Shown here in pieces: positions 16,687 to 25,763 of a stretch of DNA of 64,000 nucleotides. The notes beneath the pieces were generated by a model, which worked only from the letters and a program-made list of their open reading frames with translations, ran no database searches and had not been told where the DNA came from. The translations under genes and the position numbers were made by a program. This DNA comes from Thermoplasmata archaeon (GTDB lineage: Archaea; Thermoplasmatota; Thermoplasmata; Lutacidiplasmatales; UBA184): the NCBI GenBank assembly GCA_028864975.1, contig JAGWLG010000012.1, positions 1-64,000 of the forward strand, given 5' to 3'. Numbering within the stretch: the stretch's first letter is position 1; each line of letters opens with the position of its first letter.

Positions 16687-17613
16687 GTGGGCTACGGTGC
16701 GCCGCCATCCCCTCCACCGACGGTGGCCGCGCTCCCGGTCGTCCCTGTCGAGTACAAACGGAAGTACTCGCTCGCGCTCTTGATCATCCTCATCATCCTC
16801 TGCTTGCCTGTCGCCCTCATCTACTACTTCACTCGGGAGAAGGTACCGGTCCAAACCCTCGGCGCCGCGCCCGTCGCGGTCTACGTGGGGCCCCCGCAGG
16901 CAGCTCCGCCCCCGGCCTATGGCGCCCCCCTAGTCCCTCCTCCGACGGCCCCCACTCCCCTACCCCCCACAACGCCACCCGCGACGACGCTCCCACCGGC
17001 ACCTCCGCCGCCCGTCCCGCCTCCTCCAGGATCGCCCTTGCCCTCCTCTCCTCCTCCCCCTCCTCCGGGACCTGCACCGGGGTTTGGTTCACGGCCGAAT
17101 GTCGCGGCGACCGCGCGACCCGTGCCCCCGTCAGGGACCTCAGGGCTGCCTCCGTGGCCGCTGACTCCCCTCACCACCGTGGAGACCTCGGACCCCTCCA
17201 AGGTGTACGCCATGGCGAGCTCGTCGGGACTCGAGCGCGAACGGATGCTGGTCATCGCCCCCGACGCCGGCGGCGCGCTCGCGGGGACCTACGCGCTCGT
17301 CGGCGCGACGATGTGGCGCCTCACCCGGAGCGAGGGGGAGAGCTACATCTCTCCCGCGGACCCGGATCGATTGGGCGACCTCATGGTCCGCCACCTCGAG
17401 AAGACGAGCGGCCGCGCGGTCGTCCTGGTGGGGCTCGAGAAGGTCGTGGACGCCTGCGGACTGAAGGTCGCCATGCGGCTCCTCGAGGTCGCCCGCGAGA
17501 CCGCCGAGACGAACAAGGGGACGGTACTGGTCGCCCTCAACACCGGGATCCTGAAGGAGGGCGATGTCCGTCAGCTCGAAGAGTTCTCTACCGTGGTGAA
17601 GGTCAAGGGGTAG
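16687..17613 (+). CDS. Membrane-anchored DUF835 domain protein with Pro-rich linker
   Basis: N-terminal TM, long Pro-rich segment, then WRLTRSEGESYISPADP...VVLVGLEKVV...GTVLVALN, typical of DUF835. Confidence 0.78.
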   Translation: MGYGAPPSPPPTVAALPVVPVEYKRKYSLALLIILIILCLPVALIYYFTREKVPVQTLGAAPVAVYVGPPQAAPPPAYGAPLVPPPTAPTPLPPTTPPATTLPPAPPPPVPPPPGSPLPSSPPPPPPGPAPGFGSRPNVAATARPVPPSGTSGLPPWPLTPLTTVETSDPSKVYAMASSSGLERERMLVIAPDAGGALAGTYALVGATMWRLTRSEGESYISPADPDRLGDLMVRHLEKTSGRAVVLVGLEKVVDACGLKVAMRLLEVARETAETNKGTVLVALNTGILKEGDVRQLEEFSTVVKVKG

Positions 17614-17639
17614 TCGGCGCGTCCCCTTGGACTCGTCCT

Positions 17640-18809
17640 TCAGAACTTTCGTCCTAGTTCGGTCCCGAGCACGTTGAGGAGCTTCTCCCCGTGCTCCGGC
17701 TTCCACGATGAGCGATAGACCGGCGGAAGCTCTCCCCAACTTCTGGGGGGTTCGTCGCCCGTCGTCCTCTCGAACTCTTCTTGCCAGGGGATGGGCGTCG
17801 CTTCGGCGGGGTTGGTCCCGACCTTGCGGCCGGAGAGGATGCCGGCGGCACGGGCGAGGGTTCGTGAGACGCTCGAAGCGAGATACCCCCCACCTCCCGT
17901 CTCCAAGAGCCGACCCTGGCAAAGCTCGTGGGCGAGCTCGTGCAGAGTGCCCACCGCGTGGTCGTACGTGCGCGGAGTATACTGCAGATGGGCGAGCGGG
18001 TCGCCCGCATGGGCATCCACCCCGGTCTGGAGGACGACGAGCTCGGGCTTGAAGTCGCGGAGGAGCGGAGGGACGATCTTGTCGAAGATCGGCAGTACCG
18101 CGTCGTCGCCGGCGGTGGGGGGGAGCGGAACGTTGACCTTGAGCCCCTTGCCGTCCCCCTTCCCGGTCTCGTTCGTGAACCCCGTGCCGGGGAAGAGCGT
18201 GCGGCCGTCCTGATGGAAGTCGATGTCGAGGACCCTACCATCCTCGTAGAACCCGTACATCACGCCATCGCCGTGGTGCGCGTCGATGTCCACGTACGCC
18301 ACGCGTCGGAGAGGATGTGGACCCTCCAAGGCCGTGGCGATCGCGAGGGCCACATCATCGTAGATGCAGAACCCGCTGGCGCGGCCGGGACGTGCGTGGT
18401 GGAGCCCGCCCGCCGGGTTCAGCGCGTGGCTCCCCGGATGTGCGAGGACATCTTCCAGTCCGACCAGGGTACCCCGAGCGATCCGGGCCGCGGCCTCGTG
18501 GCAACCCGGGAAGCCTGGAGTGTCGCCCGCGTCCAGGGCGGAGGGATGCCGGCTGCGTCCGACGTTCCGCACGAGCTCCAAGTACGAAGGTTCGTGAAAG
18601 CGGAGCAGCTCGGGGTCGCTCGCCACTTGGACCTTCTCCACCCGCCCTGGAGTGAGGGGAGGTGGAGAGCGGAAGAATCCACTCTCCTCCAACAACCGGA
18701 CGCTGAGGTAGCGGCTCTTCTCCGTGAACGGGTGGGAGGGTCCAAAGTCGTACTCCAGGAACCGAGGGTCCCAGATGACGGAGAGCGGACATCGGTCGGG
18801 GAGCGGCAT
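17640..18809 (-). CDS. Histone deacetylase/AcuC family deacetylase
   Basis: HPFTEKSR, GDTP, GGLHHA, SGFCIYDD, DIDAHHGDG, FPGTG, GVDAHAGDPL, GGGGY. Start trimmed to ATG 18809. Confidence 0.92.
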   Translation of the reverse strand: MPLPDRCPLSVIWDPRFLEYDFGPSHPFTEKSRYLSVRLLEESGFFRSPPPLTPGRVEKVQVASDPELLRFHEPSYLELVRNVGRSRHPSALDAGDTPGFPGCHEAAARIARGTLVGLEDVLAHPGSHALNPAGGLHHARPGRASGFCIYDDVALAIATALEGPHPLRRVAYVDIDAHHGDGVMYGFYEDGRVLDIDFHQDGRTLFPGTGFTNETGKGDGKGLKVNVPLPPTAGDDAVLPIFDKIVPPLLRDFKPELVVLQTGVDAHAGDPLAHLQYTPRTYDHAVGTLHELAHELCQGRLLETGGGGYLASSVSRTLARAAGILSGRKVGTNPAEATPIPWQEEFERTTGDEPPRSWGELPPVYRSSWKPEHGEKLLNVLGTELGRKF

Positions 18810-18865
18810 CCGAACGGAAAGCCCAAGGGGCGAGTTGAGGCTTTGCTGGAGGGCCTCGAGGAAGT

Positions 18866-19414
18866 CTATCGGCCCCTCTTGCGGAAGTTGAGGTACATCC
18901 TCGACGGCACGGGGCGGTTCGAGATCTTCCGGTACTTCGCGCTCTTCTTGCGTGCGTAGTCCACGTCGACCTTGCCGCTGACCTCGAAGTAGATGAGCTG
19001 GCCGATGGGCATCCCGGAGTAGATCCGCACCGGGACCTTGGCGGAGATCTCCAGCGTCCAATAGTTGCAGTAGCCGACGTCGCCCTTGCCCGCCGTGGAA
19101 TGGATATCGATCCCCAGCCTCCCGACGCTCGACTTCCCTTCCAGGAAGGGCACGTGACGATGGGTCTCCGTGTACTCCCGTGTGACCGCGAGGTAGAGCT
19201 GGTTCGGCATGAGAACGAACCCGGTCTTAGGGATGCGGAAGGTGTGGATGGGCGTCGGTTTCTTGACGTCGAGCTCGGGACGACTGTACGTCGCAAGCCA
19301 CGGTCCGAGATGGACGTCGTACGAGTTCGTCCCCAGGCAATCTTCTCGGTAGGGGCGGATGACGATCGACCCCTTGCGCATCTCCTCGCGGATCTGCGCG
19401 TCGGTCAGGATCAC
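18866..19414 (-). CDS. dcd: dCTP deaminase
   Basis: NSYDVHLG, EGKSSVGRLG, AGKGDVGY, TLEI, IGQLIYF. Confidence 0.93.
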   Translation of the reverse strand: MILTDAQIREEMRKGSIVIRPYREDCLGTNSYDVHLGPWLATYSRPELDVKKPTPIHTFRIPKTGFVLMPNQLYLAVTREYTETHRHVPFLEGKSSVGRLGIDIHSTAGKGDVGYCNYWTLEISAKVPVRIYSGMPIGQLIYFEVSGKVDVDYARKKSAKYRKISNRPVPSRMYLNFRKRGR

Positions 19415-20007
19415 GGTGCGTCCTCGCGCGCGCGCACAGAGGCGTGGTATTTAGGTTCCTTTGTTCGCGCGGACCGGGCCGACCGCACAGGTCCGTGGAG
19501 GAGCGCCATGATGCGAGCCGGGGGGAGCGCGGCGTCAAGGACGGTGAACCCCGCCCTCCGCGCTTGGAGCTCCCAGGGGCGCAGGGTGCGGAACACCTGC
19601 CGGCGTTGAGGCTCGCTCTTCCCGAAGTCGTTGCCCTTTCGAGCATTCAGGCGGCGCCGGATCAAGGAGGGGCTCGCTCTCAGGTAGTAGCACCTGGCGA
19701 AGAGCGGAAGGAAGGAGTACATGTTGTCCGCGTGGCCAAAGAGGTAGACCCCCTCTTTCCCCGAGAGCAGCTTGCGCAGACGGGGAGCGTCCCACACCCA
19801 CTGCAACCCCTCCCATCGGTGCCATTCGTCCTTGGTGAGGGTCCGCCGCCGACCAGAGAGGTCCACGACGTGCGAGAGGTCGGGGACATCGTCGGCGTCG
19901 AAGGCGTTGAGCCCGCATTCTCGAAAGTACCGGGCGAGGTGACTCTTCCCCGCCCCGGCAGGACCGGAGATGAGGACAGAAGCCCCGCGGCCCGGACCTC
20001 GGCGCAT
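19411..20007 (-). CDS. P-loop NMP/shikimate-kinase-like protein
   Basis: Walker A GPAGAGKS, AFDAD, lid-like RRRLNARKGNDFGK. The stop overlaps the dcd start (GTGA). Confidence 0.8.
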   Translation of the reverse strand: MRRGPGRGASVLISGPAGAGKSHLARYFRECGLNAFDADDVPDLSHVVDLSGRRRTLTKDEWHRWEGLQWVWDAPRLRKLLSGKEGVYLFGHADNMYSFLPLFARCYYLRASPSLIRRRLNARKGNDFGKSEPQRRQVFRTLRPWELQARRAGFTVLDAALPPARIMALLHGPVRSARSARTKEPKYHASVRAREDAP

Positions 20008-20081
20008 CGAAGGGCCGAGGGGCCGCGCGGCATTACCTTAAAGAGCCCTGCGACGCTCCGCCATGCGAAGGGCTCTCTTAG

Positions 20082-21278
20082 ATGCAGGGCGCGGCCGGTC
20101 CAGGTGGTGGGCCCTCCGGCGACAAGCCTCAGCTCTTCAAGCCTGAGCATAAGGAAGAGATCGAGGAGAAGGAAGGGCCCTACGTCCATCTCCCGCGGCA
20201 CGGTGCCGCGTGGATGCTCGTGATCGGGGCGCTCATGATGTTCATCTCCCTGGTCGCCCCCTGGTGGTCGTGGAGCATGAGCTCCACCTCGCAGAGCTCA
20301 GGGCTGTACCTGTTCGTCTGGGGGGTCGCCTGCTTCGGCTATTCCTGCGCCGGGTACTCCTCGACTCCCCTCAACGCCCCCACCAACCCCACGATGCAGG
20401 CGGGGAACTTCCTGCCAAACCTCGGGGTCCTCTACGGTACCGTGGCGACGATGGCCATCATTGCTGCCATCTTCGCCCTGGTCGCCGCGGCAATGATCTT
20501 CCGTGTCGCGCGCGGCTACTCCACCTACCCGAAGGCGATCGACCGTGCGGTCCTGCTCTCCTATCTGGCCGTCGCGATCTCGCTATCCACCCCCGTGATG
20601 CTCGCGGTCGCGCAAACCTCCTCGTTCCACGCCGATTACTCGTTCCCCAACGCCATGAACCCGAACCCGGGGAACTCGTTCTACGGAAGCTCAGGACCTG
20701 CGACCTACGGCGGCATCCAGTACACGACGATGCAGTGGGGTCCCTCCTGGGGCTGGTTCCTCTCGATCTTCGGCGGGGTCTTCTTCTTCTCAGGAGGGTT
20801 CGTTCCTCACCTGACGCGGCACGAGGCCGTGACCCGGGTGGACCTCATCCGGCAAGGGCTTCTCAAGATCCGCGCGCCGCTCCGCCGCGTCCTCCCTCCC
20901 CCCATGCGGACCCCCGGTCTCCCCGCCCCGATGGCCGTCGGGGCCCCTGGCCGTGTCCTGCCGCCCCCGATGCGTCCAGGCATGCCTTCGGGCTACGGGT
21001 ACCCGGGCTACCAGTCCCTCTCTCCAGGGGTCGGCTGGGCCCGCGCCCCTCCACCGGCGATGGCCCCGGGGTATCGCCCGGCCGCGCTTCCCCCTCCCGC
21101 ACGGCCCGTCCCTCCTCCTGCCCCCGTCTCGACCGCGAACGCTCCGGGCTTTGTAGGGCGAGCTGCGGTCGCTCCTCGCGTCGCGCCCAGCTCAGGTCCT
21201 GCGCGGGTCTGCCCCAAATGCTTGATCCAGGTGCCCCCTCCCGCAGCTCGCTGCACCAAGTGCGGGTCGTGGCTCTGA
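20082..21278 (+). CDS. Four-TM membrane protein (claudin/PMP22-like topology) with Pro-rich tail and C-terminal zinc ribbon
   Basis: Four hydrophobic helices. The first loop has PWW...VWGVACFGYSC. WGPSWGWFL precedes TM4. C-terminal CPKC-x9-CTKC. Confidence 0.75.
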   Translation: MQGAAGPGGGPSGDKPQLFKPEHKEEIEEKEGPYVHLPRHGAAWMLVIGALMMFISLVAPWWSWSMSSTSQSSGLYLFVWGVACFGYSCAGYSSTPLNAPTNPTMQAGNFLPNLGVLYGTVATMAIIAAIFALVAAAMIFRVARGYSTYPKAIDRAVLLSYLAVAISLSTPVMLAVAQTSSFHADYSFPNAMNPNPGNSFYGSSGPATYGGIQYTTMQWGPSWGWFLSIFGGVFFFSGGFVPHLTRHEAVTRVDLIRQGLLKIRAPLRRVLPPPMRTPGLPAPMAVGAPGRVLPPPMRPGMPSGYGYPGYQSLSPGVGWARAPPPAMAPGYRPAALPPPARPVPPPAPVSTANAPGFVGRAAVAPRVAPSSGPARVCPKCLIQVPPPAARCTKCGSWL

Positions 21279-21303
21279 ACAGCGCCTCCGAGGGCCGGCG
21301 CGT

Positions 21304-22200
21304 TCAGCCGGACCGTGAGATCGCGATCGAAGCGTACCCGACGACCTGGTCCATCGGCTCCGCGTCCCCGCTGTGCCCTTTCGCCAGAAGCTCGGCCTTG
21401 GCATGGGACCCCTGCAAGGCACAGAGAAGCGCGGTGGTCGGAGCGATCCCGCACATCGAGATGTCCTCCTGCACGACGCGATCATAGAGTGCCCTAGGGT
21501 CCATCCGCAGGATCGGCTCGAGAGCCCGGTCGTCCTGTCGGCGACAGACCTCGGGGGAGACGTAGTGAGAAAAGTCGGTCGACGCGAGCCACAGGACGTC
21601 CCGGTCGCCCACGACCTTCCGCAGGTGCGCGCCCAGCTCGGCGAGGAGGTCGAAGTGGGTGAACGTAACCTGCAAGGCGATCATTCGGAAACCTCCCGTG
21701 GGATAGACCGTCTGCAGGAACGGCAGTTCCACCTCGATCGAGTGCTCTCGCAGGTGGGCATCGGCGTCGAGATCCACGGGACCGCGGCCGATGGCCCCTG
21801 CGAGGTCCCGGTCCGTCGGGACCACACCCAGAGGAGTGCTCCACTCCTCGTCCGAGACCGAGAAGAGCGAGCCCCTCCCATGGTGGTTCACGCCCAAGAG
21901 GAGGACCGTGCTCGGGACCGGCTCCTTGGCGAGCCGAGAGAAGAGATGCGCGGCGATGGGCCCAGAATAGATGTAGCCGGCATGAGGCACGATGCCCGCG
22001 AGGGTACGACGAGGGCCCGTGCTCCCCGGAGCGGGGACAGGGAGCCGACCGGGACCTCGCTTCCCCGAGAAGCACTCCTCCAATGACGCGCGGAGCGAGC
22101 GTGCGTCGCGCGGGTAGAATCCTCCGGCCACCGCAGGGACACGGACCCGTGAGGGGCGCGTGGGTCGGACGTCGGCGGCGGCGTCCTTGAGGTCGCTCAT
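21304..22200 (-). CDS. amrB: AmmeMemoRadiSam system protein B (MEMO1 family)
   Basis: PAVAGGFYP, IVPHAGYIYSG, GVNH, EHSIEVELPFLQ, ASTDFSHY, SMCG, VVGYA. Confidence 0.92.
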   Translation of the reverse strand: MSDLKDAAADVRPTRPSRVRVPAVAGGFYPRDARSLRASLEECFSGKRGPGRLPVPAPGSTGPRRTLAGIVPHAGYIYSGPIAAHLFSRLAKEPVPSTVLLLGVNHHGRGSLFSVSDEEWSTPLGVVPTDRDLAGAIGRGPVDLDADAHLREHSIEVELPFLQTVYPTGGFRMIALQVTFTHFDLLAELGAHLRKVVGDRDVLWLASTDFSHYVSPEVCRRQDDRALEPILRMDPRALYDRVVQEDISMCGIAPTTALLCALQGSHAKAELLAKGHSGDAEPMDQVVGYASIAISRSG

Positions 22201-22212
22201 GTCCCCTAGCTC

Positions 22213-22632
22213 CTACGCTCGAGAGAGCAACCCATGGACCTCTTTCCCTTCCTCGTCCGAAATGCCCCGCCGCTGTCGGGGGAAGGTCGGCTGGTCCTCG
22301 TACCGTGGGATCACATGGAAGTGCAGATGGAAGACGATCTGTCCGGCGAGGGCCCCCTGGTTGACGCCAACATTGTAGTGACGGCTCAGCCGCTCGACCC
22401 GACGGCAGACCTCGGAGAGGGTGCTCAAGAGAGGCGTATACTGCTCGCGCGGGAGCTCCGTCAAGCGGTCGACGTGGCCTTTGGGGACGACGAGGGTATG
22501 CCCCCGGCTCAGCGGGAACTTGTCGAGGAAGGCGATCGTGCCCTCATCCTCGTAAACGATCCGTGCCGGGGCCTCGTGACGTGCGATGGAACAGAAGATG
22601 CAGGGTCCTGCCGGGGAGGCTTCCGGAGGCAT
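22213..22632 (-). CDS. HIT family hydrolase
   Basis: CIFC, AFLD..P...GHTLVVPK, AGQIVFHLHFHVIPR. Start trimmed to ATG 22632. Confidence 0.92.
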   Translation of the reverse strand: MPPEASPAGPCIFCSIARHEAPARIVYEDEGTIAFLDKFPLSRGHTLVVPKGHVDRLTELPREQYTPLLSTLSEVCRRVERLSRHYNVGVNQGALAGQIVFHLHFHVIPRYEDQPTFPRQRRGISDEEGKEVHGLLSRA

Positions 22633-22753
22633 CGGAAGCTCTGGACGCGGCTTTCCTGAAAGAGCCTTCCCTTCTGGCGAGAGGTCGCGGGTCCAAAGCT
22701 CGCCCACGCAAGGGGACGGACACAGCCTTATCTTCGATAGGACGGATGATACG

Positions 22754-25291
22754 ATGAGTTCCATGCTCAACGCACGCGTTCGCTCGGGACTGCGGATCGG
22801 CCTGGTCTTCGCTCTGGCCCTGGTGATGGTCCTCCCGACCGGGGTCCTCCGTGGGGTCCACCTGCCAGGGGCCGGCCCGGTCAGCGGCACGGGAGCCTCC
22901 GTGAGCTCTCCCACGACGCGCTTCGACGCTTCGGCGTCGCCCTCCGACGCCTCCCAGATCGCTGCGCTCTCCTCTGGTCAACCGCTCGTCTTCGTCATTG
23001 GCATGGCCTATCCGGACCCTGGGGCCGTCGAGAGGTTCCTCGCCGATGTCGAGAACCCCTCGTCACCGAACTACCATCACTTCCTGACGTCGGAGCAGTT
23101 CATCCAGCGCTTCTCGCCCCCCTCCACGACCGTGGACGAGGTTCGGGGGTACTTCCTTTCCCGGGGGGCGACCTCGCTCACCGTCACTCCCGATCGCCTC
23201 AGCATGAACTTCGTGCTGCCGGCGGGCAAGGTCGCGACCACTTTCGGGACCTCTCTGGCATGGTTCCGAGCACCTTCGGGGACGGAGTTCTACGCCCCCA
23301 TGGCTCCCCCGCATCTTCCCGCTCCCATCGCTCGCGCGGTCTCGCAGGTCGACGGACTGACGAGCGGTGAGAACACAGGAGTTCACACGTTCCTTCACTC
23401 CATGGGAAGCTTCTCCGTCGCTCCCAATGGGGGGAAGCTCTCATCCCCCGCCCTCTTCGATACCACGACGGACGGGTCCCAGGTCTTCTGGGGAACGGAC
23501 TACCCCGCGGCGTACGGCGCGCAGGGGCTCATCAACAGCGGGATCACTGGAACCGGCTGGGCTGTGGACACGCTGCTTTGGTCGGGCTTCAACAACAGCG
23601 CCCAGAGCAACATGCCTCCCTACGACCCGGGGGCGATCTCCCAGTACCTCTCCGCAACGTTCCCGAGCGGGGCCATCCTACCGACGATCACCCCTGAGGC
23701 GGTCGCGGTTGGCGGGGCCACCCCGCCGCCGCCTGGGACCTACTCCCTGAACGACGATTCCGGGGCTATCATGGAGAACTCGCTCGACCTCGAGATGGTG
23801 GCGAGCACGGCCCCGGGGGCCCACGTGTACAACTGGTACATCCCCGGGAGCGCCCTGACGGGCCAGTCCGAGGCCCCCTTCTATGGAAGGTTCGACTTGG
23901 GCCTGAGCGCCGCGCTCGACTTCAACTACACGGTGAACGGCTCACCGCACGGCCTCGCCGCCATCTCGAACTCCTACGGGCTCACCGATGCGAACGACAG
24001 CCTCTGGGACCAGCTGGAGGCGAAGGCCGCCGGTCAGGGGGTGACCCTCCTGGTCTCTTCCGGGGACTCCGGGGATGCCCCCGATCTCGCGACGGGCCGG
24101 TCGCAGGGGGAGTGGCCCACCTGGCCGGCCACCGCCACGTTCGACACCTATGGTGCGATCGCGGTCGGGGGAACGACCATCACCGTGGGCGGGGCGCCTT
24201 ACCGTGCGGGCTACAACCCGGCCTCGGGCTACCTTCCGCCGATGGGCTACGATGCGAATCAGATCACCGGGCTCACGAGCCAGGTCGTGTGGTACCTGAA
24301 CCAGACGGACCTCACGACGGGAGGGCGGGCCACCGCGGGTAGCGAGGGGGGCATCAGCTCGGTGTACAACGAGCCGCTCTGGCAGGCGCAGTCGGCCGCC
24401 CAGAGCGCCATCAAGTACGCCGCGCCGCGAGAGAGCGTCTCTTACGCGCGAGGCGTCCCGGACATCTCCTCCATCGCGAACGAGACCGTGATCTACACCG
24501 ACACGACCCCCTCGCTCTCTGGGACGTTCGTCGAAGGGACCTCCATCGCCTGCCCGGTCTTTGCGGGCTTTGTGGTCCTCCTCGACCAGATGGACAGCAC
24601 GAACGGGAAGGGGTTGGGCTTCCTCGACCCCCAGCTCTACGCCATCGGCGGCTACTTCGAGAGCCAGGCCCCGGGGAGCCTCGCGGACCCCTTCGGCGGA
24701 CTGGACGACGTGACCTCCGGGCAGAACTGGGTGTTCAATGCCTCCGTGGGTTGGGATCCCACGACCGGCTGGGGGACGCCCAATGTCGCTCGGCTCGCTT
24801 CGGCCCTCCTGAATCCCACCTACACGGGTTTCGTCTACAACCCCAATGCCGTGCCGGGCCAGGCGGGGTCGAACTCGAACCCCGCGCCGGGTCCCGGGTA
24901 CGGCGGGCTGCTCTTCCTTCTCGTGGTCATCGTGGCGGTCGTGGTGGTCATCGCGGTCGTGGCGGTCGTCGTCTCCCGGCGCCGACACCACCCGGCCCCT
25001 GCCGCCGGGCCGCAGGTCGTGTATCATGCGGCCGCACCAGCACCTTACATGGCGGCCCCCCACCCCGCGTACGCCCCCTACCCCACCGCGCCCTCGTACG
25101 CCGCCCCTGCCCCCTACGCCTATGGTCCGCCCACCTACGGTTACCCCATGCCCGCGCCCGTCCCTCCTCCCGCCCCGCCCCCGCCGATGCCGCCCCCACC
25201 GACGGCGGGTCCGGTCTTCTATTGCGGCTACTGCGGGAACCCGAGGCCCTACACCCGGTCGAATTGCCCCACCTGCGGCTCGCCCCTCTAG
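22754..25291 (+). CDS. Membrane-anchored S53 (sedolisin/kumamolisin) peptidase with pro-domain, P/Y-rich tail and zinc ribbon
   Basis: Signal peptide; pro-domain (NYHHFLTSEQFIQRFSP); catalytic ENSLD, SSGDSG, GTSIACP; WDPTTGWGTP; TM; CGYC...CPTC. Confidence 0.92.
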   Translation: MSSMLNARVRSGLRIGLVFALALVMVLPTGVLRGVHLPGAGPVSGTGASVSSPTTRFDASASPSDASQIAALSSGQPLVFVIGMAYPDPGAVERFLADVENPSSPNYHHFLTSEQFIQRFSPPSTTVDEVRGYFLSRGATSLTVTPDRLSMNFVLPAGKVATTFGTSLAWFRAPSGTEFYAPMAPPHLPAPIARAVSQVDGLTSGENTGVHTFLHSMGSFSVAPNGGKLSSPALFDTTTDGSQVFWGTDYPAAYGAQGLINSGITGTGWAVDTLLWSGFNNSAQSNMPPYDPGAISQYLSATFPSGAILPTITPEAVAVGGATPPPPGTYSLNDDSGAIMENSLDLEMVASTAPGAHVYNWYIPGSALTGQSEAPFYGRFDLGLSAALDFNYTVNGSPHGLAAISNSYGLTDANDSLWDQLEAKAAGQGVTLLVSSGDSGDAPDLATGRSQGEWPTWPATATFDTYGAIAVGGTTITVGGAPYRAGYNPASGYLPPMGYDANQITGLTSQVVWYLNQTDLTTGGRATAGSEGGISSVYNEPLWQAQSAAQSAIKYAAPRESVSYARGVPDISSIANETVIYTDTTPSLSGTFVEGTSIACPVFAGFVVLLDQMDSTNGKGLGFLDPQLYAIGGYFESQAPGSLADPFGGLDDVTSGQNWVFNASVGWDPTTGWGTPNVARLASALLNPTYTGFVYNPNAVPGQAGSNSNPAPGPGYGGLLFLLVVIVAVVVVIAVVAVVVSRRRHHPAPAAGPQVVYHAAAPAPYMAAPHPAYAPYPTAPSYAAPAPYAYGPPTYGYPMPAPVPPPAPPPPMPPPPTAGPVFYCGYCGNPRPYTRSNCPTCGSPL

Positions 25292-25763
25292 CGCTCCCGT
25301 GAAATCGGGTGCCGGTTCCAGTCTTGCCAATATCCGCGCACAGGGCGCAAGACGCCCGAGGAAGAGCCCACCTTTCCTGGTCCCACCGTCGGGGAGAAGG
25401 CACGACGCAATTGCCCCCTTGGCTTGTGTAGCAGTTGAGGAGAACGCCCCCCCTACGACACGCATCATCGACGTATCGACGCGAACACCCCCCTGGAACT
25501 CGTGGGAGCCCGGGCGCTACGCGTCCGGTACGTGGGGCTTTTTCGTGTCCCACGGGATGGTCCCGACTACCATCCTGGCGGCTGCTTCCCCGGGGGAGGG
25601 AGGGGAGGAGGAAGGAGTGCGGAGAATGGTCGGGAAGAAGGCCTGCCCTTCGGGGGGGCCGGGACCTGGTCGAGGGTCTCTGCTTCGGAAGGCGCCGAAC
25701 CGACTCCCGGGAGGTCGATGGGCTCTCCACTAGACTTGAATAGACGGACCGAAATGGGTTCGC

